From IMG/VR virus record IMGVR_UViG_3300029309_000030, positions 1 to 59,587 of that record: a stretch of DNA of 59,587 bases, one strand, 5' to 3'. A program made the position numbers and the translations under genes. Below the pieces are notes generated by a model, which had not been told where the DNA came from, ran no database searches, and saw only the letters and a list, made by a program, of their open reading frames with translations. Of the stretch, positions 19,676 to 29,323 are shown one piece after another. This stretch comes from a virus. Lineage: Duplodnaviria; Caudoviricetes. Position 1 is the stretch's first letter. Every line of letters starts with the position of its first letter.

Positions 19676-20809
19676 TCACTGTAAGTCACGGATAGAACCT
19701 TGACCTCCAAAGAAAGTTGTCCATACTTCACCCATTGTTCGGTAAAGTCCCTCTTGACCGAGGCGGTTAATGGCGAATGGGTCTCCGGTTTCGATACCAG
19801 ATTCAAAGTATTGTGTTGGCTTTGCAGTGCTAAAGTATAGGTAGTCAGTATCAAGCATGTAAATTCTGCTGATGCCGTCGCTTGCCATCTCCTTGGTTGG
19901 GATAATTGGAACACCGTTGTAAGTTGCTACGATGAAACCTGCTTCCATACCCGGAACACCTTTTACACCGTTGAATGTCGGAACTACTCTCTTTTCTTCC
20001 ATGAACCTTTGTTGGCTTTGTAGAAGTTGTTGTATTCTCATCAAGGTGTCATATCCAGTTAGCATGACCTTTGGATTTCCACCACGAGTCCAGATAAGTC
20101 TAAACATCTCATCTAAGTGGTCAAGTGATAGAGTTCTGTTAGTAGAACTGCTGTTAGCGGAATCCTCAGCAAATGCCCAAGAGTTCCCGGCTGCACTTCT
20201 GTCGATTGAGTAAAGGTCTTCGTCACCAGCATCGTAGTGTGTTCCAGATGTCATTGAGTTGTTACCAGTGGTAATTCTGTCAAGTGATTCAAAGTCGTTA
20301 CCTGCTACAGTTGTTACATCCTCAGTTAGCATGTCGTTGATGTGCTCTGCGTGGTGCTTACCCATCTCTTCTTTCAAGACTGAACGAATGTCACCTAGAC
20401 CGTCGTCTTTGTCGTTTAGAAAAATTGCTACCTCAGACATATCGAATGAGTGAGCGATGGTTTTAGGCTTTGCTGCAACATTCTGGAAAGTAGGTTTGGT
20501 TGTGTCTGGTAGTGTACCGTTCTCTGCAATTCCGCCACCAACAGTCTTGGAAGGCTTAGCAGTAACTACTCTCCATCCACTTCTGTCCCATGGTTTCTTT
20601 GGTAGAATTGAAAATGCGTTGAATTCTTGGTTTAGTTGTGACCAAACTTTTCTACCGTAGATTGCTTGGTATGTTCCTGCTGTTGTGCTTAGCAATGGTG
20701 CGTCAGCCTTTAACAGTTCTGAGCCAGTGTATGAGTATCCCATACTTTGTCCAGCACCGTAGTAGTAACGCTCCATGTCATTGATTGTTCTCATGTAATT
20801 TCTTGCCAT
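19676..20809 (-). CDS. Major capsid protein (HK97 fold)
   Basis: 377 aa directly after protease/scaffold. Motifs GGIAENGTLP, KTIAHSFDMSE, FESLDRI, ATYNGVPII fit HK97-type MCPs; strong GGAGATGA RBS. Confidence 0.85.
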   Translation of the reverse strand: MARNYMRTINDMERYYYGAGQSMGYSYTGSELLKADAPLLSTTAGTYQAIYGRKVWSQLNQEFNAFSILPKKPWDRSGWRVVTAKPSKTVGGGIAENGTLPDTTKPTFQNVAAKPKTIAHSFDMSEVAIFLNDKDDGLGDIRSVLKEEMGKHHAEHINDMLTEDVTTVAGNDFESLDRITTGNNSMTSGTHYDAGDEDLYSIDRSAAGNSWAFAEDSANSSSTNRTLSLDHLDEMFRLIWTRGGNPKVMLTGYDTLMRIQQLLQSQQRFMEEKRVVPTFNGVKGVPGMEAGFIVATYNGVPIIPTKEMASDGISRIYMLDTDYLYFSTAKPTQYFESGIETGDPFAINRLGQEGLYRTMGEVWTTFFGGQGSIRDLQ

Positions 20810-20846
20810 ATCTTGTCATCTCCTTAATCTTATTTTATCCACCTAT

Positions 20847-22274
20847 TCAGTTATGAAATACGCTCCCAGCAAGGTTGTGAACTTCTGACCAGTCCATGCT
20901 CGCTAAGTCCTGTGTCGAAGGAACTTCGACAGTGGAAAGTTGCTTTCTAATTGTTGCTGCTTCTACTGAATCAGACGACTTACTGATATTGTCAATTCTT
21001 TCACTCAAGTCTGATAGAGCCTTTTCGATGTTAGCAAGTGGTGTTCTTGCGTCAAAGGAAGCGGCTTCTCTTGCTTGTGCTTCTGAGGTAAGTTCTTTGT
21101 TTAGTCTGTCAGCGAAAACATTTCCTAGATTGGATTTGAATTGTTCCTCTAGGGATGCTGCTTTGTAAACTTCGTATGCTGCTTCCAAATCAGACGCAGT
21201 GACTAAGTCTGGGTGCAAGTAGCCTTTTGCTACTTCGCCGCTTCCGCCACTGTTGAGTTTGCCGATTGCGTTAGTTGATGGGGAGCCACCTTCTTGTGCT
21301 CGACCCTTAACTTGTCCGCCGAAGTAATCTGCACCGTCACCAATAGATTCTGGTGTGCTTCCTAGATTAGCCTTAGAAACTTGGTCGAAGTGGTTTCTTG
21401 CACCTGCAATATCAACACCTGCTGATTTCAGAGTGTTTTCCATCCAGTTTAGATAATCGCTGGTGATAACATCAGAATATCCTTTTTCCATGTCACCATG
21501 CATACCCTTTTGTTCGTGCATGCCTTTGTGCTCAGAGCCGTACATTTTTTCTTCTTCATCTTTATCAGCCATTTCTTTCGCCTCGTCATCTTTCTTTTTG
21601 CCTTTCATATGTTCTTTCAGACCCTCTGGAATGTCTTTATCTTCTTTTTCCATAGCGTCTAATCTTCCATTCAGTCTATCCAATGTGCTCGACAGTTCAT
21701 TTAATACATTATCATCGTTCATGTTTGTGTCCTCCTTCAATATACGGAATGTCGCCTCCGGGTTAATACCTTTCTCACAAATAGTGACCTCGTGTAGTTC
21801 CAGTTTGGAGATTTCTGTGTAGTCACCATGTTGTTGGTCACTCTTTCGCATTCTCTTGAATGCTTGTCCTCCAATACTAAAACCTCTAAGGGCTCCTTTG
21901 CGAATTTCTTTGGCAACTTCTCTTGCCTTTTCTATGTCATCTCGTAGTTTGATGACTACGAACATACCAGCATCGTCAACGCCGGATTTCCAGACTCTAC
22001 CATCAGAGTCAGTATAAGATGGAATAACGCTTCCAACTTGTATATTTGAATGAGCGAGTTGGACATTTCTAAATCCGTCTGCTTTCATAAAGTCACCAAA
22101 TGCGTTTTTCAAAGCACCTCTGGTAATCAAATCTCCTTGCTTGTCTACCATCTCAACAGATGCATATCCAGCGATTACAAGGTCGTTGTCAGCCTTGACT
22201 ATACTAATAGTTCCACCGTGATTGACGGGGGAAGTTCTCAGTGAAGCCATCGCTGCCATTGGTTCTATAGACAA
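20847..22274 (-). CDS. Prohead protease (HK97-type) fused to C-terminal scaffold
   Basis: IAGYASVEMVDKQGD, catalytic-type H (QLAHSN), GFSIGG (Ser), LHEVTICEKGINPEA; acidic helical C-terminal scaffold region. Confidence 0.88.
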   Translation of the reverse strand: MSIEPMAAMASLRTSPVNHGGTISIVKADNDLVIAGYASVEMVDKQGDLITRGALKNAFGDFMKADGFRNVQLAHSNIQVGSVIPSYTDSDGRVWKSGVDDAGMFVVIKLRDDIEKAREVAKEIRKGALRGFSIGGQAFKRMRKSDQQHGDYTEISKLELHEVTICEKGINPEATFRILKEDTNMNDDNVLNELSSTLDRLNGRLDAMEKEDKDIPEGLKEHMKGKKKDDEAKEMADKDEEEKMYGSEHKGMHEQKGMHGDMEKGYSDVITSDYLNWMENTLKSAGVDIAGARNHFDQVSKANLGSTPESIGDGADYFGGQVKGRAQEGGSPSTNAIGKLNSGGSGEVAKGYLHPDLVTASDLEAAYEVYKAASLEEQFKSNLGNVFADRLNKELTSEAQAREAASFDARTPLANIEKALSDLSERIDNISKSSDSVEAATIRKQLSTVEVPSTQDLASMDWSEVHNLAGSVFHN

Positions 22275-22290
22275 TGCTCATACTATTTAA

Positions 22291-25200
22291 TCAAGTATGG
22301 AAGACGGCCTTATCTGAATCTATTTCTAAAACACCGTTTGATACAGGTATAACCAAGTGCTTTTTATCCTCTTGGTCCTCTGTTTCCGGTTCTATAGTCG
22401 ATTCTTCACCGGGTCGTTTTTTGTTATCGTAATCAGGCATTGTCTTTTCATCATTAAGATTCGTCGGACCCATGGGCGATTCTATAGGCGTAGCATAATC
22501 TATACCCAGACCCATAGTGCCAGTGCTTGATTGACCTACAGCGCCCACTCCACTTTTCAAAAGTTTCTCTATCAACTGTAAGCCTTTGACCATTACCATC
22601 CGTTTGTCTGGTATTTTCCAGTCAGAGTCTTTGACTTTTTTAGGTGGGATTAGCGGTTTACCGTCACCCTTTGATTCGTGCACTTCTGCTTTATCTTCAT
22701 TGTCAGACTCAGCAATATCAAGATTGGCCTTGAGTAGTGCCCCCGCTATAGGACTCCAATATACTCTTTGACTTTCAGATAGTCTAATCAGGTAATTATT
22801 AGATGACAAGGGACTATGGACTGACCAATGCCCTTGAGATTCTGTGGCCTTGTAAACCACATCTCCTTGAGGCATCACTACTCGAATACCACTCTTAGCC
22901 CTATGAACTTCGCACATCCATTGTGAATCTAGTGACTTGGCAAGTAAACTTAGAGTTTCCCTACTAACAAGACCTTCGCCTTCTGCTTCACCGATTATTT
23001 CTGAGCCAGTCAAAGTGTAAACCGTTTCCTCATCTACCGATTCTACTTTAGTTACATTAGCCGCATTGACTCTAACATGGTCACCCTTGTTGTATTTTTC
23101 TTTGCTATTGAAAGCAACACCCACATCCATATAGGTTTCACCTTCTGACTCTACTGCTCGGTTGCCTATTTTTTCTGCCTGAGTAATCGGACCAGTACCT
23201 AGACGATATGTGTAAGGCCCGTTGCCTCTTCTGTCTAATACTCTTAACACTACATCCTTGCCGGGTTTGAGCATGACCCACTTAGGATGTCTTAGTTCAC
23301 CAGCCATATATGTCGACTTAGCGTCTCTTAGTAATACTGAGCCATGGTCTTTCCGTAAATCATCTACCGCTAACTTAAGCCCAGCATCATCAGTAAGCCG
23401 AGTATCACTAGCGCTTGGTAAATGTATATTGTCTATCCCTTCCATAGCACCCCTAAGTATCTTTATTCTGTCGTCAATAGGTATTTCATGGGTTTCTTTG
23501 TCATCGTACTCCAAGACATCAAAAATATAGTAACCATCTTTTGTTTTTATGACATCAGCGTGGTAATCTTCGTCTGCTACTTTCTTGAAATTTTCTTTGT
23601 CTTCGTCTGACAAATCGAAAGTAGGAGATGTAATTTTGTCATCGTCTTTCTTAACAAACCCTCTTTCACCCTCTGGCATAACAGAAACTATCCAGTCGCC
23701 TGTAAAGCCACGCAGATGTTCAAGGTCGTCGAGTTCAAAGATACGGTGCATCGGCTGTAGCGTAGGAACTTTTGGGCCCAAGTCTTTTCTGATAATATCA
23801 GGATTAGTTAAGTCTGCCAGACCGATGTCAGATTTAGTAGCCGACCTAGGTTTTTGATTGAGTGTCCGAGTAAACTCACCAGACTTGAACTGAGGGGCTC
23901 TCCTTTCGTTTATAGCCAATGATTGTCTTGCTTCTTGATGCTCAGGGCCGTAAAGTAAACTCTGCCAAGCAGGTGCCGCTACTGAAATCATCTTGTCCCA
24001 AAAGTGACTAGTCAGTGGAACTAAAGCCTGAGTATTATCTTCATTGGGGTCAACCATGGTAATCTTAGGAGTGCCGTCAGAGCCTATGTAGTAATTGAAA
24101 TTAGGTGAAAAATCATCTCCGAACTCATGTTTGAAACCACCTGAGTTATACAGACTCTTGACAGTATGTGTGTCGTGACCGTTTGGCCCGACTTTAACTC
24201 GACCAAGACCGGATTTAGTTTGAGTAATTTCCTGTGGAACTTCTACATCTGAAAAATTAGTAATCAATGAGTTAAGAGTTTGAATTACCCTGTGTTTAAC
24301 ATCTTCAAACCTAGCATCTTTTTTAGTCGAACTTCCAAAACTAGAACGCTTTGTATGTAAGTCTTCTTCAAACCTATCGTCTAAGTTATGTGCAAGTTGG
24401 AAACCAATACCAGTTTGTCGGTTTCTTTCTTCTGAACCTTTACTACCCAGAACTGCATATATCTGTTCCACTTTTTTAGCAAACTCTTTAGCATCTGGTT
24501 TACCTCTTCTATTTCTATTATTCAAATCTGTAAGCATAGCGTCGATGTCTATATCAGGATACATTTGACTAAACAATTGTCGACCTGTCATAACAGAAGG
24601 TATAGGTTTGTTTTCGTTGAGTCTGGGTAGTAGAGTATTGTCGACATAATCTCTTACCGTTTGTCGCAATCTATTATCAGACTTATCCAAACCAAGTGAA
24701 TCCATGAAGGAATCTTCATACTGGCGATTAGCCGCTTCATTTTGTTCGAGTAAGGCTTGTGCTTGTTCAGGGTCAACCTGCATGATAGCGCTGTTCTGTA
24801 TTTGTGAAATAGCATCCAGACCACTAACATAATTAAAGACATCATTATTGTCAAAAGCGCTACCAAAATTAGAAACCGTAGTTTTCATACCCGTAGCAAA
24901 GTCTGTAGTCGGCTTCGATTGACCTTTGACTTCAAACTTCGTGTTACCTAGTGTCATGATGTCGTGGCTATCTTCGGATGCTCTTTGTAAGAAATCATTT
25001 GACATTGCTGCCCACATACGCATGTTAGCAGCCGCTGTTTCGTGGTCAGCATTTGGGTTGAATATCTGAGCAAGTTGAGTCCTACCTTCTGGAGTCTGCC
25101 CAAGCATCCTGTATAGATGCTCACCTGCATCTGCAATCGCTTTGATATCAGCATCCAACTTTCTTTGTAGAGTATTATGATGACCTTTACCGCCATAATA

Positions 25201-28155
25201 ACGAGTCCCTTTGATATTCTGTCTCTCCCACGCTTCCATCTGGTTATCTAACTGATTCAACTCACCCTGTAAAGTCAGTCTTTCACCTTGTGTCAGACTA
25301 CCAGATTCTAACAACTCTTCTATTTCGCCAGCCCTATCCATCAGACCTTCAAAATACTGTGACTCTTCCTCAGCCGCCATCGGTCTTTGAGACGCAGACA
25401 GCCTCCTAGAAACCTGACCTTCTGGATTTAGTTCTCTAGGTATACCAAGATTAGTCATCATACCTATATCTACTGGTTGACCATCTGGACCGAGAACTTG
25501 GTTACCGATAGTGTGCTGTCTAAGTTTGTCATCCAAGTCAACAATCATTCTTTCTTTAGCCTTCGGTAACTCTTGTAGTTCTCCCATTAACAGATTTTTT
25601 TCAGTTGACAGCGCTCTATTAAACTCAATGAGTTCTTCATCTGTTAAGTTAGGTGGGGCTTTTCTTTGGTTTAGACTTTCAAGTTCTCGCTCTATCCGAC
25701 TTCTGGAGTTTTCTATACTATCCTCTATTTGTTGTTTTTCTTCTTTGATGTCGAACTCACCAAGTGTTTCAAATTTAGCACTGAGGTCGTTTACTAAATC
25801 ATTGTGGTCAGCAAGTGTAGAACGCAAGCCCGTTCCTTCTTGTAAAAGACCGGGGTCTTTGTAACTGATTACTCTTCTAAGCGGCTCCATTGGGTTATTA
25901 CCCATACCAACCATAGTGCCTATAGTGTGGTAACTATGAGCAGCACTTTGTTCAACTTCGTCGTTGTTGAATGTTCCTTGGTGTATATTGACCATTCTTA
26001 GATGGTCGGGAGTTTCACCACGCAGTTTGTCATGAGCATCTTTGGCAGCATCATCGTCACCTGATTCTCTCGCAGCGTGATAATCACTGTGTACCTCGTT
26101 ACTGTATTTACCATCAGTTCCACTAGAGTGTCTTTCGGTGTGAGCATTCTGACCGCCTGCACCTTTTATGCCTGAAGAAGCAACAGCACTCTGTGGGTTC
26201 ATCAAGGAACTAGGTCGGGCAAAGTCACCTCTGAACGCTGTAGTTTTGCCCTCGGCATCGGGAAACAAATTCAACCCACCCTGTCCAAATGGTCCAAAGA
26301 AAGCATCCATGCTCTTACCGCCGTCAATATGCTGTATACCTATTCTATTGCCAGTCTTTTCAAAGAATAAACTCACTTCTTTGTCACCCATCATGGTTCT
26401 TTCCGTCGTAGGCTCAAATTCTCCGACTTGTTCTCCATCTGCACCGATGTCTTGTAGGTAATCGCCAAAACGCTCTCTCAAAGCCTGAGAGTCTGCTGAT
26501 TGTTCTGTCTCTACAGGTCTGTAAGCCAGAGTATGATGATGTAGCAAATTGAATAATTCATTGGCTTTCTTACCCATCCCGCCTACTTGGAAAGGTCTTT
26601 TCCAATGAGTAGCGAGTGTATCATGGTCATCAAGATAATCATAGTGGTCAGGGTGCATATGAGTGCCATAATTTATCGCACCGTGATTTCGAGCGACCCT
26701 GCCTGCCGCCCTCATCTTGATAGACTCGTCTCGCCTCTTTTTCATAATTTCATCGAGTTCTTCTTGGCTAAATGGCGAATCGGCCTTTTTCCAAGCAGGT
26801 CCCCAAACAGGATGTTCCCCGTCTTCATGTAACTTACCTTCACTATCAATATTGAGCATATGTCTTAGCATAGGTTCACTAAGGTAATTCTGTTTCTTAC
26901 CGTTACCAATAGATTGTTTTCTCCAATGTATTTCGTTTCTCTTATCGTCGAAATAAGGGACATGGCTATAACTAAAAGCATCAGCATCTGGATTATACAT
27001 TCTATACATTTTGTTATAATGGTCTACTGCTCTTTCCCAGTCTCTTTTCTTTCCAAGACTACTATCTTGCATTGCCATCCAATTGTGAACTCTTTGAATA
27101 TTCTCAGTATCTTCTGGCAAACGCTTTGGTTTGATTGCTAAAGGATGCTGAGAGTGTTCAGGGACTCTAGTCCACCAGTCGTATAAACCAGAAAATCTTT
27201 GTTGGAAATTGCGTTTTAGTCTGGGTAAAAAATCTTGTATTTGTGGGCTGCTATCAAAAGTCAAAAGTCTAGTGCTATCTGCCCCTCCATAGTCATACAA
27301 GTGCCGATAGGCTTTTTCTCTTTCTTCTGGACTAAACCATTCCATGCCAAGAAAGTAATCCATAAAGCCTAGACTCTGTTGCCAATCTCTTTTGGCATCT
27401 TCCATATGAATTTGCTTCAACTCATGGTCAATTTCTGCCTCCGATAAACCTTGTTCTTTTCTATCTGCTCGAACTTTATCGACTATATCTCGATTACTTT
27501 CTTCCCACCTTTTGTAGTGATTAAGATAGAGTTGATGATTAGTGGCATCTTCGTTTAACTCACCGAGATGCAAAGGTGTTTGTAAAAAACTGTGGTCATT
27601 CTTTGCGGCGTGTTCTTCCCAAGCAAGTTCTTTCTTAGCGTCTATTTGGCTTTGAGAATCGCTGCCAGCCTCGTTTGCTAAATAAAAATCTGCTAAGATT
27701 TGATGATAATTACCGTGTAAAGGATTGAAACCTTGACCTAACGGGTTGCGTGCTCGATAGGGGTCGTTTGCCTCGCCATTAATTACCGTGAAGGGTCTAC
27801 CAGAATATCTTAAATCGTCTGCGTTAGGTGGAACAACTCTGTCTGAATTGATAGATGGGTTGTCGGCTAATTCCATACCAGCAGTATAATCTATTTCAAA
27901 GCCCATTTGTTGCTCACTAATGTTGGTATGCTTTTGAGGAGCCCACTTGTCTTCATCTTCTTGTTTCTGTATAACAGAACTAAACATGTTCAGCAAGCCT
28001 TTGTCATGACCTGATAACTCGTAACCCTTTCGCTCAGCGCTAACGGCTGCAAAGTAAAACTCAGCACCAGCGTCTGCTTTACCAATGCCATCTAATAGAG
28101 ACTTAACGAACACACCTCGTGTTCTATCAAGAGTCTCTAATGGCCCTTCTCTCAA
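22291..28155 (-). CDS. Giant head-module protein with C-terminal ATP-dependent DNA ligase-like fold (apparently catalytically degenerate)
   Basis: 1954 aa. WIVSVMPEGERG (motif I-like), YYIFDVL (IIIa), VLLRDAKSTY...KWVMLK (IV/V) followed by an OB-like region. Confidence 0.65.
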   Translation of the reverse strand: MREGPLETLDRTRGVFVKSLLDGIGKADAGAEFYFAAVSAERKGYELSGHDKGLLNMFSSVIQKQEDEDKWAPQKHTNISEQQMGFEIDYTAGMELADNPSINSDRVVPPNADDLRYSGRPFTVINGEANDPYRARNPLGQGFNPLHGNYHQILADFYLANEAGSDSQSQIDAKKELAWEEHAAKNDHSFLQTPLHLGELNEDATNHQLYLNHYKRWEESNRDIVDKVRADRKEQGLSEAEIDHELKQIHMEDAKRDWQQSLGFMDYFLGMEWFSPEEREKAYRHLYDYGGADSTRLLTFDSSPQIQDFLPRLKRNFQQRFSGLYDWWTRVPEHSQHPLAIKPKRLPEDTENIQRVHNWMAMQDSSLGKKRDWERAVDHYNKMYRMYNPDADAFSYSHVPYFDDKRNEIHWRKQSIGNGKKQNYLSEPMLRHMLNIDSEGKLHEDGEHPVWGPAWKKADSPFSQEELDEIMKKRRDESIKMRAAGRVARNHGAINYGTHMHPDHYDYLDDHDTLATHWKRPFQVGGMGKKANELFNLLHHHTLAYRPVETEQSADSQALRERFGDYLQDIGADGEQVGEFEPTTERTMMGDKEVSLFFEKTGNRIGIQHIDGGKSMDAFFGPFGQGGLNLFPDAEGKTTAFRGDFARPSSLMNPQSAVASSGIKGAGGQNAHTERHSSGTDGKYSNEVHSDYHAARESGDDDAAKDAHDKLRGETPDHLRMVNIHQGTFNNDEVEQSAAHSYHTIGTMVGMGNNPMEPLRRVISYKDPGLLQEGTGLRSTLADHNDLVNDLSAKFETLGEFDIKEEKQQIEDSIENSRSRIERELESLNQRKAPPNLTDEELIEFNRALSTEKNLLMGELQELPKAKERMIVDLDDKLRQHTIGNQVLGPDGQPVDIGMMTNLGIPRELNPEGQVSRRLSASQRPMAAEEESQYFEGLMDRAGEIEELLESGSLTQGERLTLQGELNQLDNQMEAWERQNIKGTRYYGGKGHHNTLQRKLDADIKAIADAGEHLYRMLGQTPEGRTQLAQIFNPNADHETAAANMRMWAAMSNDFLQRASEDSHDIMTLGNTKFEVKGQSKPTTDFATGMKTTVSNFGSAFDNNDVFNYVSGLDAISQIQNSAIMQVDPEQAQALLEQNEAANRQYEDSFMDSLGLDKSDNRLRQTVRDYVDNTLLPRLNENKPIPSVMTGRQLFSQMYPDIDIDAMLTDLNNRNRRGKPDAKEFAKKVEQIYAVLGSKGSEERNRQTGIGFQLAHNLDDRFEEDLHTKRSSFGSSTKKDARFEDVKHRVIQTLNSLITNFSDVEVPQEITQTKSGLGRVKVGPNGHDTHTVKSLYNSGGFKHEFGDDFSPNFNYYIGSDGTPKITMVDPNEDNTQALVPLTSHFWDKMISVAAPAWQSLLYGPEHQEARQSLAINERRAPQFKSGEFTRTLNQKPRSATKSDIGLADLTNPDIIRKDLGPKVPTLQPMHRIFELDDLEHLRGFTGDWIVSVMPEGERGFVKKDDDKITSPTFDLSDEDKENFKKVADEDYHADVIKTKDGYYIFDVLEYDDKETHEIPIDDRIKILRGAMEGIDNIHLPSASDTRLTDDAGLKLAVDDLRKDHGSVLLRDAKSTYMAGELRHPKWVMLKPGKDVVLRVLDRRGNGPYTYRLGTGPITQAEKIGNRAVESEGETYMDVGVAFNSKEKYNKGDHVRVNAANVTKVESVDEETVYTLTGSEIIGEAEGEGLVSRETLSLLAKSLDSQWMCEVHRAKSGIRVVMPQGDVVYKATESQGHWSVHSPLSSNNYLIRLSESQRVYWSPIAGALLKANLDIAESDNEDKAEVHESKGDGKPLIPPKKVKDSDWKIPDKRMVMVKGLQLIEKLLKSGVGAVGQSSTGTMGLGIDYATPIESPMGPTNLNDEKTMPDYDNKKRPGEESTIEPETEDQEDKKHLVIPVSNGVLEIDSDKAVFHT

Positions 28156-28171
28156 CTACATCACCAGCCGC

Positions 28172-28567
28172 TTAATTTAGACGGCTGGCTAATCGGTCAA
28201 TAGACTTCTTTAGTTCTGACAAGGTTGGACCGTCACCACCTTTGAAGTTCTCAAGTGCACCTGTTGTGCTAAACGCTGTAGGATAGTAAGGTGACTCTCT
28301 TGTTAGTACATCGCTGTTCTCTGAGATTGCACCTTTATTAGCGACATCTTGTACATCGTTAAGCAATACATTGTTGGTGTTATAATAAGCATTAGGTACA
28401 CCAGAAGGCTGTGCTTCAAATCGAGCATATCCTACAGTAGCCCCTTCGGGTTGACTTGTATAATCTGGCATACTACCTTCTTTCTTAGCGATACGACTTT
28501 CTAAGTTCTGCGCTGCTTTTAGCAGGTCATACACTTCTTTACTTGCTTGTTCAAATCTTGGCTTCAT
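28172..28567 (-). CDS. Hypothetical head-module protein
   Basis: 131 aa in the portal-protease operon. Confidence 0.65.
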   Translation of the reverse strand: MKPRFEQASKEVYDLLKAAQNLESRIAKKEGSMPDYTSQPEGATVGYARFEAQPSGVPNAYYNTNNVLLNDVQDVANKGAISENSDVLTRESPYYPTAFSTTGALENFKGGDGPTLSELKKSIDRLASRLN

Positions 28568-28568
28568 A

Positions 28569-28937
28569 TTATTCCATTCCTATTTCGTTTCCTATTGCAC
28601 CGCTGCTCTTTGCTTGGTCAGCCAGTGCGTGAATTTCACTCCAGTCTGTCTTGTAAAAGTCTTGATTGGTCTTTGGTATCTCTATTGGATTGCCGTCTTC
28701 CTTCAACAATACATCATCAGAGTCGCCTCTAAATACATCAGGCATAACATCTTCTGGCATATTGTTTCTAGCAGATACAAAACCAGCCTTTCTGAGTAAT
28801 ACTGCTGGGTTTAATAGTGCTTTTTTGAGTTCGGCGTTTTCGGCTTTCAACAATTGAAGACCTGCATCCATATTTTCCATTTTAGTGATGAGCGCACCCA
28901 TCAACTTTTCAGCGACATTTCCCCTCTCTTCGCTCAT
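28569..28937 (-). CDS. Scaffold-like coiled-coil protein
   Basis: C-terminal IPKTNQDFYKTDWSEIHALA resembles the protease-scaffold C-terminus VPSTQDLASMDWSEVHNLA. Confidence 0.6.
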   Translation of the reverse strand: MSEERGNVAEKLMGALITKMENMDAGLQLLKAENAELKKALLNPAVLLRKAGFVSARNNMPEDVMPDVFRGDSDDVLLKEDGNPIEIPKTNQDFYKTDWSEIHALADQAKSSGAIGNEIGME

Positions 28938-28946
28938 TTAATCACC

Positions 28947-29300
28947 TCAAACTGTACGGTTTGACAATCTTCGGTGCGTCGGTCCTGCTCTTGTGGTTCT
29001 AATCATGCCCGGCAACACATCGTTCTGCGCTGTGTGAACATTTTGAGCAGAGCCTGACTTAAGAACAGGTACTCCGCCGACATAGATGTCATTGATACCA
29101 GTGACTTGCACTGTATCAGACTTTGAGATTGTAGTCTCGATATCCTTGTTTAAGTAATCTGCGTACTTGATAACTTCTGTAATGTGACTTCTTGCCGAGA
29201 TACCGTCTTGTTGCTCTAGTGCTTTGTAAAATGCGTCAACATGACTTCTCATTTTTCTAGCCATTGGGTCCAATTTCTTAAGGTCCATGCTCATCTCCAA
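28947..29300 (-). CDS. Hypothetical head-module protein
   Basis: 117 aa directly downstream of the portal. Confidence 0.6.
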   Translation of the reverse strand: MEMSMDLKKLDPMARKMRSHVDAFYKALEQQDGISARSHITEVIKYADYLNKDIETTISKSDTVQVTGINDIYVGGVPVLKSGSAQNVHTAQNDVLPGMIRTTRAGPTHRRLSNRTV

Positions 29301-29323
29301 TACACCACTTGACTTTAAACTTC

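Noticed and set aside
22291-23800. Functional replicative DNA ligase
   Set aside because: The motif I lysine is absent and the context is head morphogenesis.
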